Of a DNA stretch of 64,000 bases, positions 10,601 to 21,137 are shown one piece after another. The position numbers and the translations under genes are program-made. The stretch is taken from assembly GCA_002269645.1 (NCBI GenBank), contig NIVC01003928.1:5340-69339 (forward strand), in the 5' to 3' direction. The DNA is from Macrostomum lignano (lineage: Eukaryota). Under the pieces are notes generated by a model that was not told where the DNA came from, did no database searches, and saw only the letters and a program-made list of their open reading frames with translations. Positions within the stretch are counted from its first letter, which is position 1, and each line of letters opens with the position of its first letter.

Positions 10601-12497
10601 GAGGTCAGACACTCAAGCTTTGCCTTTCATGTCTTTTAAGCTCAAAATCTTTTGCCTGAGTGACAATACTTTTAGCAAACGCTTTCACAACATTTTCGCT
10701 TTACACTCCTTTCTTGTTACTCGCCTAGTGTCGAGCGTTCTTTATTATTTGTTATTCATAAGTGATCTAGCCACGTCGGGTTTCAGTTGGCACTCCTTAC
10801 GTTAGCGAGGAACAAGTTCTTATTCTGACTTTATTTCAGTTTTTTATCTTATCAAGACGCCGGTCTGCCAGAAACGGTAGAGGGCTGCATGAGACCCAAT
10901 TTTTAATTTGTTTTATCTTCTCCAGCTCAACTAGTACGTGGGGTCATAGCTAGCAATGTGTGTGACAGTTTCTGAGTAGGGAGGAACAAAATTCTTTTCG
11001 ACTTAATTTTATGCTACTCGTTAGTAAGCGATGTCTGTTCTGTTTAAAGAGGTTCAACAGCCTTAACTAATATCTCCCAGAGATTATGAATTTGAGCGTC
11101 AAGTTTGGTGTGTCAGTGGCTTTAAGTTGGGGTGTCAGTGGCTTAAGTTGTGTGTCAGTGGCTTCAAGTTGGGGTGGGGTGTCAGTGGCTTCAAGTTGTG
11201 TGTCAGTGGCTTCAAATTGTGTGTCAGTGGCTTCAAGTTGTGTGTCAGTGGCTTCAAGTTGTGTGTCAGTGGCTTCAAGTTGGGGTGTCAGTGGCTTAAG
11301 TTGTGTGTCAGTGGCTTAAGTTGTGTGTCAGTGGCTTCAAGTTGGGGTGTCAGTGGCTTCAAGTTGGGGTGTCAGTGGCTTAAGTTGTGTGTCAGTGGCT
11401 TCAAGTTGGGGTGTCAGTGGCTTCAAGTTGTGTGTCAGTTGTTGCTATTGAAGTGCTTGTTAGAAAGTCCTTATGGGGTGTCAGGATGGCGCCAGTTCAG
11501 TGGGTGTCAGGATGGCGCCAGTTCAGTGGGTGTCAGGATGTCGCCAGTTCAGTGGGTGTCAGAATGGCGCCAGTGCAGTGGGTGTCAGGATGTCGCCAGT
11601 TCAGTGGGTGTCAGGATGGCGCCAGTGCAGTGGGTGTCAGGATGTCGCCAGTTCAGTGGGTGTCAGGATGGCGCCAGTGCAGTGGGTGTCAGGATGTCGC
11701 CAGTTCAGTGGGTGTCAGGATGGCGCCAGTGCAGTGGGTGTCAGGATGGCGCCAGTGCAGTGGGTGTCAGGATGGCGCCAGTGCAGTGGGTGTCAGGATG
11801 GCGCCAGTGCAGTGGGTGTCAGGATGGCGCCAGTTCAGTGGGTGTCAGGATGGCGCCAGTTCAGTGGGTGTCAGGATGTCGCCAGTTCCTACCAGTGTGA
11901 ATTACCAGCAGCTCCTGCCCGCCCCTGCAGCCCGCGGTCCAGTGCACCACCAACGACTGCTTGGTGGCGCTGCTGTGGCGCTGCGTCACGAAGGCAAAGC
12001 GGCTGCCCGCCGACGCGCCAACGAAATTCGCCATGGCCTGCAACGCCCGCCAGCGCCTGTCGCTGCCGGCCGGCTACGCTGGCAACGCGAATTTCTACAT
12101 CGCCGACCAGCTGACGACTGGCGAGGTGGCCGACGGCCTCAGCCTGGCCAGCCTGGCTCGCCGGGTTCGCGCCGCGGTGTCGCACGGCACGGCGCCGGAC
12201 TACCTGCGCTCCATCCTGCGCTGGCTGGCCGAGCGGCCCGACCGGTCGCGCATCCTGCCGGGCTTCCGGATGTTCGCCAACGACCTGGCCTTCACTTCCT
12301 GGGTGCACTTTCCCGTCTACGAGGCCGACTTCGGCTGGGGCCGGCCGTTGCGATTCGCCGTGCCGAGCGCCGGATTCGACGGCCTCGCCGTCCTGATGCC
12401 GAGGTTCGACGGCGACGGCTACGATGTGCTGACCGGCTGCGAGGTGGACGCGATGGACCGGCTGGCGGCCATGCCGGAGCTGGCGAGACCGACTTAG
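7695..12497 (+). CDS. BAHD / transferase-family (PF02458-type) acyl-CoA-dependent acyltransferase, 458 aa, 4 exons
   Basis: Exons 7695..8108, 8620..8717, 8842..9139, 11931..12497 total 1377 nt with phases 0/2/0 all matching and all introns GT-AG. Motifs: N-terminal LSPIDSVMPPCY and LKLAMADFPDLNYRL; catalytic LLHHNVMDGDG (HxxxDG); PVSRDRSVL; TTNDCLVALLW; PAGYAGNA; DLAFTSW..VYEADFGWGRP. Confidence 0.93.
8121..8545. repeat. ~21-bp G-rich minisatellite (gggattgagggtggggaagat)n filling BAHD intron 1
   Basis: About 20 visible copies starting ~12 nt after the donor at 8109. Confidence 0.95.
9232..10585. repeat. 21/22-bp minisatellite (gttggttgtcagggacgccaa)n with higher-order blocks, BAHD intron 3
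   Basis: About 63 copies. The rare variant tagtggtcagggacgccaa occurs at 9491 and 9894, implying a ~403-bp higher-order duplication. Confidence 0.95.
11100..11440. repeat. ~21-bp minisatellite (gtgtcagtggcttcaagttgt)n, BAHD intron 3
   Basis: Directly visible tandem copies. Confidence 0.9.
11475..11888. repeat. 26-bp minisatellite (gggtgtcaggatggcgccagttcagt)n, BAHD intron 3
   Basis: About 16 copies ending ~40 nt before the acceptor at 11930. Confidence 0.93.
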
Positions 12498-13289
12498 GGC
12501 CTTCGGATCTGTGCCCTGTCTACCGAATATGCTTAGGTGGAGTTTTAGGTTTTACCCACAGAGATTTTTACTGCAATAGTATAGTGCTCAATGAATTGAC
12601 AGCATAATTGACAGGGACCTAATTATTGACTAATTATCGCAGAGTGAACCGTCTCGCTTGCGGAATCGCGCAATTATCTCCTACTTAAAGTCCCCCCCAA
12701 TAGAGCCAGAAAATTGTCACCAATTACCCAGAAGTTTCGTCAGTTTTTATGGAGTTTATTGCGTCTGATTTTGTTGATTTTCAGTCCAATCAAAAGAATT
12801 CAAAATTTTCTAAACAAATAAATCAGAACTCTCGCTCTAATTCCAAGTAAATATGCTCCCCATTTCTCCCTTGCAAATTTATTTCTTTTATTTTAGGCTT
12901 CAACAATGACAGGGTGCTAACTACTTAACAAAATCCAAGCTTTATTTCGCTAGAAGCAATCAAATCAATAATTTTACTAAATTTATAACACAGAGACGGT
13001 ACAGCGCGGCAGACACTGGCAAAGCTACAGCTAATTAATCCACAATGGCTTGCTGTGATGGGGTTTGTGACCAAAGGAACTGCTGTAAGTGCTGTTGGCT
13101 TGCTCAAACTTATAGGCATGTAGGATTTGGTCTCTCAGTGACTGTGAGAACTGGGAAATTTGACGCAAAAAATAACTAGCTGATGCATGGGTTTGTACTG
13201 TCTGCATTCATGAGACGGACGAGAAGAAAGGAGCGAGACGCTGGAGAGACGTGAGACTGATATGATGGGACTGAGAAGGCTGACAGGTC

Positions 13290-13815
13290 AGAGTGGAGAA
13301 AGACAGAAGAGACAGGTGACAGGTGAGAAGATGAGGGGAGAGAGACGGACATGCTAGGAGAGACAGGTGACAGGTGAGAAGATGAGGGGAGAGAGACGGT
13401 CATGCAAGGAGAGACAGGGGACAGGTGAGAAGATGGACATGCTAGGAGAGACATGACAGGTGAGAAGATGAGGGGAGAGAGACGGTCATGCAAGGAGAGA
13501 CAGGTGACAGGTGAGAAGATGAGGGGAGAGAGACGGTCATGCAAGGAGAGACAGGTGACAGGTGAGAAGATGAGGGGAGAGAGACGGGCATGCAAGGAGC
13601 GACAGGTGACAGGTGAGAAGATGAGGGGAGAGAGACGGTCATGCAAGGAGAGACAGCTGACAGGTGAGAAGATGAGGGGAGAGAGACTGTCATGCAAGGA
13701 GAGACAGCTGACAGGTGAGAAGATGAGGGGAGAGAGACTGTCATGCAAGGAGAGACAGCTGACAGGTGAGAAGATGAGGGGAGAGAGACTGTCATGCAAG
13801 GGAGACAGATGACAT
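13290..13815. repeat. 51-bp purine-rich minisatellite
   Basis: Unit gacaggtgagaagatgaggggagagagacggtcatgcaaggagagacaggt, about 10 copies. Confidence 0.92.
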
Positions 13816-14484
13816 GCAAGGAGGGGCCCCACAACATCAGCAAATTAAAAGACACGCAACAACAGTCTAACAAACAAATTAGGTCAAAAGCTCAGTTCGC
13901 GACCCTACAGTAAGTTTCAACAGAGGCAAACAGTACAAATCAAGGTAGAAGGGGTGGGTGATAACGCAGGTGCATTGAATGCGGCTAATATGGGTGTGAC
14001 AGGTGTACCTTGTATGGATTATCAGTGAGACACCGCTAAAACTGATGAATGACACAAACTACACACGCAGTCATAAATAAATATATGGATATATTGATAG
14101 CAGATCGATGTGTACAGAGGAGCATGCGCTTATAAAAAAAATTAATATTCATAATCGATTGCAAATAGTCAAATAAGTTGGTTTAAATTTAATGATAAAA
14201 TCTGGTTTAGGGTGGCTGAGACTGGTACAGACAATCTACGCATGTAATGTATCGCAATTCTGAACAAGGAACAAAGTAAAAGACAAAGATTTACACACAG
14301 AGAGAACAGAGTCTGGCAGAATCTATGCAGGCTTAAAAGGTGCATGAAATATTTGGTTGAGGACTGTAATTGTAAAGAAATTTGCTTTTAAAACACAAAT
14401 CCGACCTTAACAAAACTTAACCAAAGCAATCCTTCGGACCTCTACTGATGATCACCTGGTTGGGCTGTCCATGAGGTCAGCTGT

Positions 14485-15282
14485 GTCTCAGTTATCAAAA
14501 GATGGGATCTCGGTTATCAAAAGATGGGATCTCGGTTATCATAAGATGGGATCTAAGTTATCAAAATATGGGATCTCAGTTTTCAAAAGATGGGATCTCA
14601 GTTATCAAAAGATGGGATCTCAGTTATCATAAGATGGGATCTCAGTTATCAAAAGATGGGATCTCAGTTTCAAAATATGGGATCTCAGTTATCAAAAGAT
14701 GGGATCTCAGTTATCATAAGATGGGATCTCAGTTATCAAAAGATGGGATCTCAGTTATCAAAAGATGGGATCTCAGTTATCAAAAGATGGGATCTCAGTT
14801 ATCAAAAGATGGGATCTCAGTTATCAAAAGATGGGATCTCAGTTATCAAAAGATGGGATCTCAGTTATCAAAAGATGGGATCTCAGTTATCAAAAGATGG
14901 GATCTCAGTTATCATAAGATGGGATCTCAGTTATCAAAAGATGGGATCTCAGTTATCAAAAGATGGGATCTCAGTTATCAAAAGATGGGATCTCAGTTAT
15001 CAAAAGATGGGATCTCAGTTATCAAAAGATGGGATCTCAGTTATCATAAGATGGGATCTCAGTTATCAAAAGATGGGATCTCAGTTATCATAAGATGGGA
15101 TCTCAGTTATCAAAAGATGGGATCTCAGTTATCAAAAGATGGGATCTCAGTTATCAAAAGATGGGATCTCAGTTATCATAAGATGGGATCTCAGTTATCA
15201 AAAGATGGGATCTCAGTTATCAAAAGATGGGATCTCAGTTATCAAAAGATGGGATCTCAGTTATCATAAGATGGGATCTCAG
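14485..15282. repeat. 22-bp minisatellite (gatgggatctcagttatcaaaa)n
   Basis: About 36 near-identical copies with an aaaa/ataa variant, downstream of the headcase stop. Confidence 0.95.
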
Positions 15283-15509
15283 TTTTAGAGGGTGAAGTAT
15301 ACAGGCAATCTCAGTATCGAAGGAAAGGATTTAAGCAAGCATCTACAGATGACATTCCAATATCAGAGATCAGTGGATGATATCTCAGCACGAGAGACTG
15401 CGATATCAGTTTAACAACATGTCGGTAATTAATAATTAATCTAATAAAATCAAAGAAATAAAACTGGGGAAATCTTTTGCAGCTACAAGAGACCATCTCG
15501 GACTTCGGC

Positions 15510-17232
15510 CTAGAAGGACGCCGCCGCCGCTCCGCTGCCTGTCGTAGCGGCGGCGGTGGCGGCGGCTGCGGCGCCAACCTGCCTGAAGATATGGCCGGCC
15601 GGCTTGACAAAGTGGAAGTCCTGCGCCCGGCAGTGGGCGCACGCGGCCGCCTGGCTGAAGTGGGAGAAGGCGCTGGGCAGCTCGGCGGAGTCCTTCACGG
15701 CTGGCCGGCGGCAGTGGGCGCACATCAGGCGGTCCGGGCAGCACGGGCAGCAGGCGAACACATCAAACAGGTAGACACCGCCAATCAGCAGGTGGGAGCC
15801 GTCCCAGACTCGCTGGCAGAACCGGCAGCGGCTGTGCAGGGTGGACACGCAGGCGCAGTGCATGCAGACAGCGTGCAGGTAGCCTTTGCCGCAGGCTGGG
15901 CTGTCCTTGTTGTGGCGCAGCGGGCTGAGGAAGAAGGTGCCGTCCACCAGGGGGAAGTGGTCGTAGACGGGCATCTGGCGGGAGCAGAGGACGCAGGCGA
16001 CGGTCGGGCAGCGGCAGGCAGTCAGGGTGGTGAGCACCAGAGACTTGAGCTCGTCATTCTCTGTTGAGCTGTCGTCCTCGGTGACAATGTGGAACTTGTT
16101 CTGCTTCCAGCGGGGCAGCGCCTTCAGACTGTCGTAGTTGTCGCTGCGCCTCTGGAAGATGTTGCCCCGGCTGTGGCCGCCGCCGCTGGCCGAAGCCGCG
16201 GCCGCGGCAGTGTAGACAGGCGAGGAGAAGGGCAGCGGGGCGCCGGGCGCGTTGCCGTCGGTCTGCGGCGGGCTCAGGCTGAAGTTGCCGCTCTGGTTGG
16301 ACGAGTTGCTGAGGTGCCGGAACCGTCTGCTGATCATGTCGGTCGGGCTGTAGGAGGAGCCGCCGGCCACCAGGCCGTTGGTCTGGCGCTTGCGGACCCC
16401 GGCGGCGATGAGCTGCGGCGGCGACTGCCGGGTGTCCCGGCTGACCTGGCCGCGGCCGCAGGGGCACCGGATCTTTCCCATGGTGCCAGGGGCGCGCAGT
16501 TTGGAGGCGTTGAGCAGGACGCGCTCCCAGCGGCCAAAACAGTCAGCATGGGCCCACAGGCCTGGTTGGGAGAGATCATGTTTGTGACACGACAAGTAAA
16601 CGGCGGGAGTAACTATATCCCCTCGGCCTCGTCATATTATTAGTCTCTAATGATGAGTGGAAATTTTCAAGTCAATACTAATTGCAAGGACTACTCAATT
16701 AATCCTTGAGTAGTCCTTGGTCTGTTGAAATGGGTGGCATTAAGAAACACAAAATACAATTAGAAACGTTTCAATTTTAGCACAGGGGATCTGTACTGTG
16801 TTTGCGCAATTCACTAAGTACATGCATGCTTGTAAGTTTCTGGCTTTTTAGCGTAATATAATCCTTGCCAAAGGGAGCCAGAGAATGCTTCACAGTTTTG
16901 AACAATTCATCACTTCGGTTTTCTCTACTTTCACCTTTGTCAATCGATTTTTTGGTGCTAAGTTGCTTTGCACTTTAAATAAACAGCCGAGCTGCTTGCT
17001 GATTGACTGACTCACTGTGACTGCAGTGCGCGTTGGAGCAGACCAGCTTGACAGCGTCGCCTGGCTCGTCGGGATCAATCATGAGATCGCCGGGGTCCAG
17101 GCAGCCGTTCAGCGCGTGGCCCGGCTTGCTGGGGTCCGGCTCGGCGTGCAGGCAGCAGGGAACACCCGGCGACACGGCGATGCCGTTCTCCACGGGTGAC
17201 TCGGAAGCTTTGCGCACTCGACTGCTGGACAT
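15510..17232 (-). CDS. HECA: Headcase homolog (HECA/hdc family), ~422 aa, 2 coding exons
   Basis: Exons 17232..17016 and 16561..15510, phase 1, GT-AG. N-terminal domain VKLVCSNAHC..WAHADCFGRWE..CPCGRGQVSRD. C-terminal domain CPTVACVLCSRQMPVYDHFPLVDGTFFLSP, HAVCMHC, WDGSHLLIGGVYLFDVFACCPCCPDRLMCAHC, FSHFSQAAACAHCRAQDFHFVKP. Confidence 0.9.
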
Positions 17233-17774
17233 TGTTGACTTGCCCTGTGCCCGGCTGACTGCTCCGCTTAAAACAAGAGGAATCGTTTGAAATGGCGGCG
17301 ACGGGCGAGGATCAAGAAAGGAAAAGTAAAGGATGGCGATAGAGACTATGACGCGATGAGGAGATGACGGGGCGAGGAGATGGGAGAAAGGAATGACAGG
17401 GTGCGAGGCCTCGCTTAGGTTCAATTTGCTAAAAATGAGAGAGGAGAAAACAGGCAATGTCTGGCTTAGCAGTGCGCTTTTCTATCTGCGCAACTAAATG
17501 TACGCGAATACACGCCTGCCTCTCCCAACATGCTTTCCTGTCTTTCTGATCTCGGAAAGCGCTTGCCGGGGCCTGTGAATGGAGAAGCGGGCGGACGGCT
17601 CTCTGACCCTCTCAGAGAGCGTGAATGTACATTCAGCCTTTCCCTCAAGAGTGTACAATCAAACCTCCCCCTCAAAACAGTGTACATTCCTATCTTTCCA
17701 GAACTTTCTAGCTAGCTGGCATTAGTTCTTCCCCCTTATTTTAGACAGCGTACACTGGAACACAAGTTTTTCTC

Positions 17775-17810
17775 TCCAATGGCCCGGCCGGGGAGGGCGG
17801 GGTCTATTTG
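17775..17810. promoter_or_regulatory. Possible CCAAT box plus GC box upstream of headcase
   Basis: ccaat followed by gggagggcgggg, ~550 nt upstream of the headcase ATG. Short motifs only. Confidence 0.25.
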
Positions 17811-17934
17811 CAAGGAAACGCGACTTGCACTTTAAAACCGCCGCATCTAGTGTCTGTACTTAGCCAAGTCTATGCTATGCGGAGCTGAGGGTGAGAGGCT
17901 CTAGCAAGCGGTCGGGTGAGACAGTTGGCAATGC

Positions 17935-17942
17935 GGAGTACG

Positions 17943-18003
<61 letters not shown>

Positions 18004-18130
18004 TGCACGAGGCACTTATTGGCCAAGTGTGCAAAAGCTTGCACATATTGGGACTGCTCCGACACACGAAAAATCACACACACACACGTCCCCACACAGG
18101 CAATTTTCAACCCACCAAATCGATTTTTAT
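17935..18130. repeat. (CA)n microsatellite within a dispersed repeat family member
   Basis: About 28 CA units followed by gcacgaggcacttattgg. Related flanks at 23500-23655, 45475-45600 and 53040-53155. Confidence 0.75.
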
Positions 18131-18615
18131 TGACAACATGCTTTTGGCTTACTGAAAACAGTTGGAAAGCATTTTTCGAGGTGCATTGAACTCACAACAG
18201 ATTGTACATGTATACTTGTCTAAAACAGAATTAAAAAACCCTGGTGTCTTGCTGAATTCCACTTAAGGCAATAATATCAGCGCGTCAAATTTCACCGGAT
18301 AATTTCAGCGATCATAGATTATAGAAGACAGGATGGTAAATGGCAAGGGACTTTAAGGTTATCGAAAACAAACGACATTGACACATATCAAAAAAATTTT
18401 ACGATCTGAATAAACAAAATTTGCTACATTTAGTGCCACTGGGAAAAAACAATTCTGTAGCGAAACTCCACTGTTCATAAAAATGTACTTTATTGATTAT
18501 GACACAATCACTAGAATTACTCAAAAGGTACATGTCAGCTATTCGGACCCACAGAATGCTACGAAAGGATGCGGAAATGAACCACACTATAGCAGAAGCC
18601 AGCACACACTATAGT

Positions 18616-18872
18616 ATAGGGCTGTCCCAACAATTCCAGCATAGCCAGTGTGGATAGGGCTGTCCCAACAAATCCAGCATAGCCAGTGTGGATAGGGCTG
18701 TCCCAACAATTCCAGCATAGCCAGTGTGGATAGGGCTGTCCCAACAATTCCAGCATAGCCAGTGTGGATAGGGCTGTCCCAACAATTCCAGCATAGCCAG
18801 TGTGGATAGGGCTGTCCCAACAATTCCACCATAGCCAGTGTGGATAGGGCTGTCCCAACAATTCCAGCATAG
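18616..18872. repeat. 38-bp minisatellite (atagggctgtcccaacaattccagcatagccagtgtgg)n
   Basis: About 6.7 near-identical copies. Confidence 0.95.
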
Positions 18873-19068
18873 CTTGAAAAAGAATATACACAAATACTAT
18901 AAAAAGCAAATGCTAGAGCTCTACCGCGGTCATTGCACCGGATTTTAATAGAAACAGACTGCAAAAAATGCATCCTCTAAATAATATTCCAGTGAAGCAC
19001 ACAACAGTTAATCGGCTTCTCAATTCAGAAAATTAAAAAATATCCAGCTCCGCCAGAAAACTCATGAA

Positions 19069-19092
19069 TTAACTGACTGCTGCACAGATAGC

Positions 19093-19143
<51 letters not shown>

Positions 19144-19752
19144 GGCTTGTGAGCAGCAAGTGAGCCAAATGACGGATGCAGCGGCGAGATCAGAATGCTC
19201 GCTGCTGATCGTTAAAGCGCATTCTTGTCTCTTAGGCATGTCGCTGGCGTGGCTGACTTCAGAATCTGCGAGGAAAAGAAATCAATTAAGATAGGCTTGC
19301 CTTAGTAATCGTTAATAGGCTATAAAGGAACCCTTTAATAGAACGTGTTCAACTAATGCTGGGTCTGTTTTGAAAAGTCAGAACTCAGAAGTAGTCGCGA
19401 TTAGAATCAGTATTGTCCCAATAAGTGCGACCCAACAAATGCTGTTCAAAAAATAGGCCTGGCTGCAATGTCCCAATAAATGCCCAACAAATTACTAGCC
19501 TTGAGCTAGGCTGGGCTGTGTTTACTATTCATTGCGTTTGTAGCTTGTGTCCCAACAATGCCACTGAGATTGTTGCATTGCTTTTGAATTGTGCTCTACC
19601 AAGTAACACAAGTACTCTGGTGTACAATACTTCTACAGCAGATAATACTCACCCAAAACAGATCGTCTCTTTCTCTTTAATCCTGTGCCGGACGGGTTTT
19701 CTTCAGATCGACCAGAAAATTCACAAATAGACTGACTGCCTGCACGGATAGC

Positions 19753-19800
<48 letters not shown>

Positions 19801-21137
19801 GGCTTGTGAGCAGCAAGTGAACCAAATGACGGATGCAGCGGCGAGATCAGAATGCTCGCTGCTGATCGTTAAAGCGCATTCTTGTCTCTTAGGCATGTCG
19901 CTGGCGTGGCTGACTTCAGAATCTGCGAGGAAAAGAAATCAATTAAGATAGGCTTGCCTTAGTAATCATTAATAGGCTATAAAGGAACCCTTTAATAGAA
20001 AGTGTTCAACTAATGCTGGGTCTGTTTTGAAAAGTCAGAACTCAGAAGTAGTCGCGATTAGAATCAGTATTGTCCCAATAAGTGCGACCCAACAAATGCT
20101 GTTCAAAAAATAGGCCTGGCTGCAATGTCCCAATAAATGCCCAACAAATTACTAGCCTTGAGCTAGGCTGGGCTGTGTTTACTATTCATTGCGTTTGTAG
20201 CTTGTGTCCCAACAATGCCACTGAGATTGTTGCATTGCTTTTGAATTGTGCTCTACCAAGTAACACAAGTACTCTGGTGTACAATACTTCTACAGCAGAT
20301 AATACTCACCCAAAACAGATCGTCTCTTTCTCTTTAATCCTGTGCCGGACGGGTTTTCTTCAGATCGACCAGAAAATTCACAAATAGACTGACTGCCTGC
20401 ACGGATAGCGGCTGCTGCTGCTGCTGCTGCTGCTGCTGCGGCTTGTGAGCAGCAAGTGAACCAAATGACGGATGCAGCGGCGAGATCAGAATGCTCGCTG
20501 CTGATCGTTAAAGCGCATTCTTGTCTCTTAGGCATGTCGCTGGCGTGGCTGACTTCAGAATCTGCGAGGAAAAGAAATCAATTAAGATAGGCTTGCCTTA
20601 GTAATCATTAATAGGCTATAAAGGAACCCTTTAATAGAAAGTGTTCAACTAATGCTGGGTCTGTTTTGAAAAGTCAGAACTCAGAAGTAGTCGCGATTAG
20701 AATCAGTATTGTCCCAATAAGTGCGACCCAACAAATGCTGTTCAAAAAATAGGCCTGGCTGCAATGTCCCAATAAATGCCCAACAAATTACTAGCCTTGA
20801 GCTAGGCTGGGCTGTGTTTACTATTCATTGCGTTTGTAGCTTGTGTCCCAACAATGCCACTGAGATTGTTGCATTGCTTTTGAATTGTGCTCTACCAAGT
20901 AACACAAGTACTCTGGTGTACAATACTTCTACAGCAGATAATACTCACCCAAAACAGATCGTCTCTTTCTCTTTAATCCTGTGCCGGACGGGTTTTCTTC
21001 AGATCCACCAGAAAATTCACAAATAGACTGACTGCCTGCACGGATAGCGGCTGCTGCTGCGGCTGCTGCTGCTGCGGCTTGTGAGCAGCAAGTGAAATAA
21101 ATGACGGATGCAGCGGCGAGTTTGAATGCGGACGAAC
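19069..21137 (-). CDS. Putative gene with four tandemly duplicated poly-Ala exons; 5' end not resolved
   Basis: Exons 21137..20949 (189 nt), 20561..20310 (252 nt), 19922..19653 (270 nt) and terminal 19265..19069. Each has a strong acceptor (cttttcctcgcag or ctcacgcacag), and the first three have the donor G|GTGAGT. All are phase 1/1 and open in the frame ...AAASVIWFTCCSQ(A)nIRAGSQSICEFSGRSEENPSGTGLKRKRRSVLG. Confidence 0.5.
19070..21125. repeat. ~640-660-bp tandem duplication (3.2 copies), each copy with a CTG tract
   Basis: Anchor gcggctg at 19091, 19751, 20408 and 21047 (periods 660, 657, 639). CTG counts are 16, 15, 9 and an interrupted 3+CGG+4. Confidence 0.97.

Noticed and set aside
7695-12497. 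Contaminant (plant, fungal or algal food DNA) explanation for the BAHD gene
   Set aside because: Provisionally rejected because its introns carry host-style minisatellites and it is contiguous with metazoan genes; long-read confirmation is still needed.
15477-16643. Plus-strand ORFs of 184-196 aa opposite headcase, and similar antisense ORFs opposite p85, MDH-like and BAHD exons
   Set aside because: These are shadow ORFs of GC-rich coding sequence; the homology signal is on the other strand.
18616-18872. Regular 38-bp and 57-bp repeats resembling CRISPR arrays (also 25006-25285)
   Set aside because: The units are head-to-tail with no unique spacers, the context is eukaryotic, and there are no cas genes.
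19069-21137. Reading the CAG/CTG tracts as poly-Gln, or as 5' coding exons of headcase with stop readthrough as in Drosophila hdc
   Set aside because: The Gln frame has an in-frame TAA after the acceptor and another stop before the GTGAGT donor. Only the Ala frame is open from acceptor to donor, and its phase 1 does not match the phase-2 headcase acceptor.
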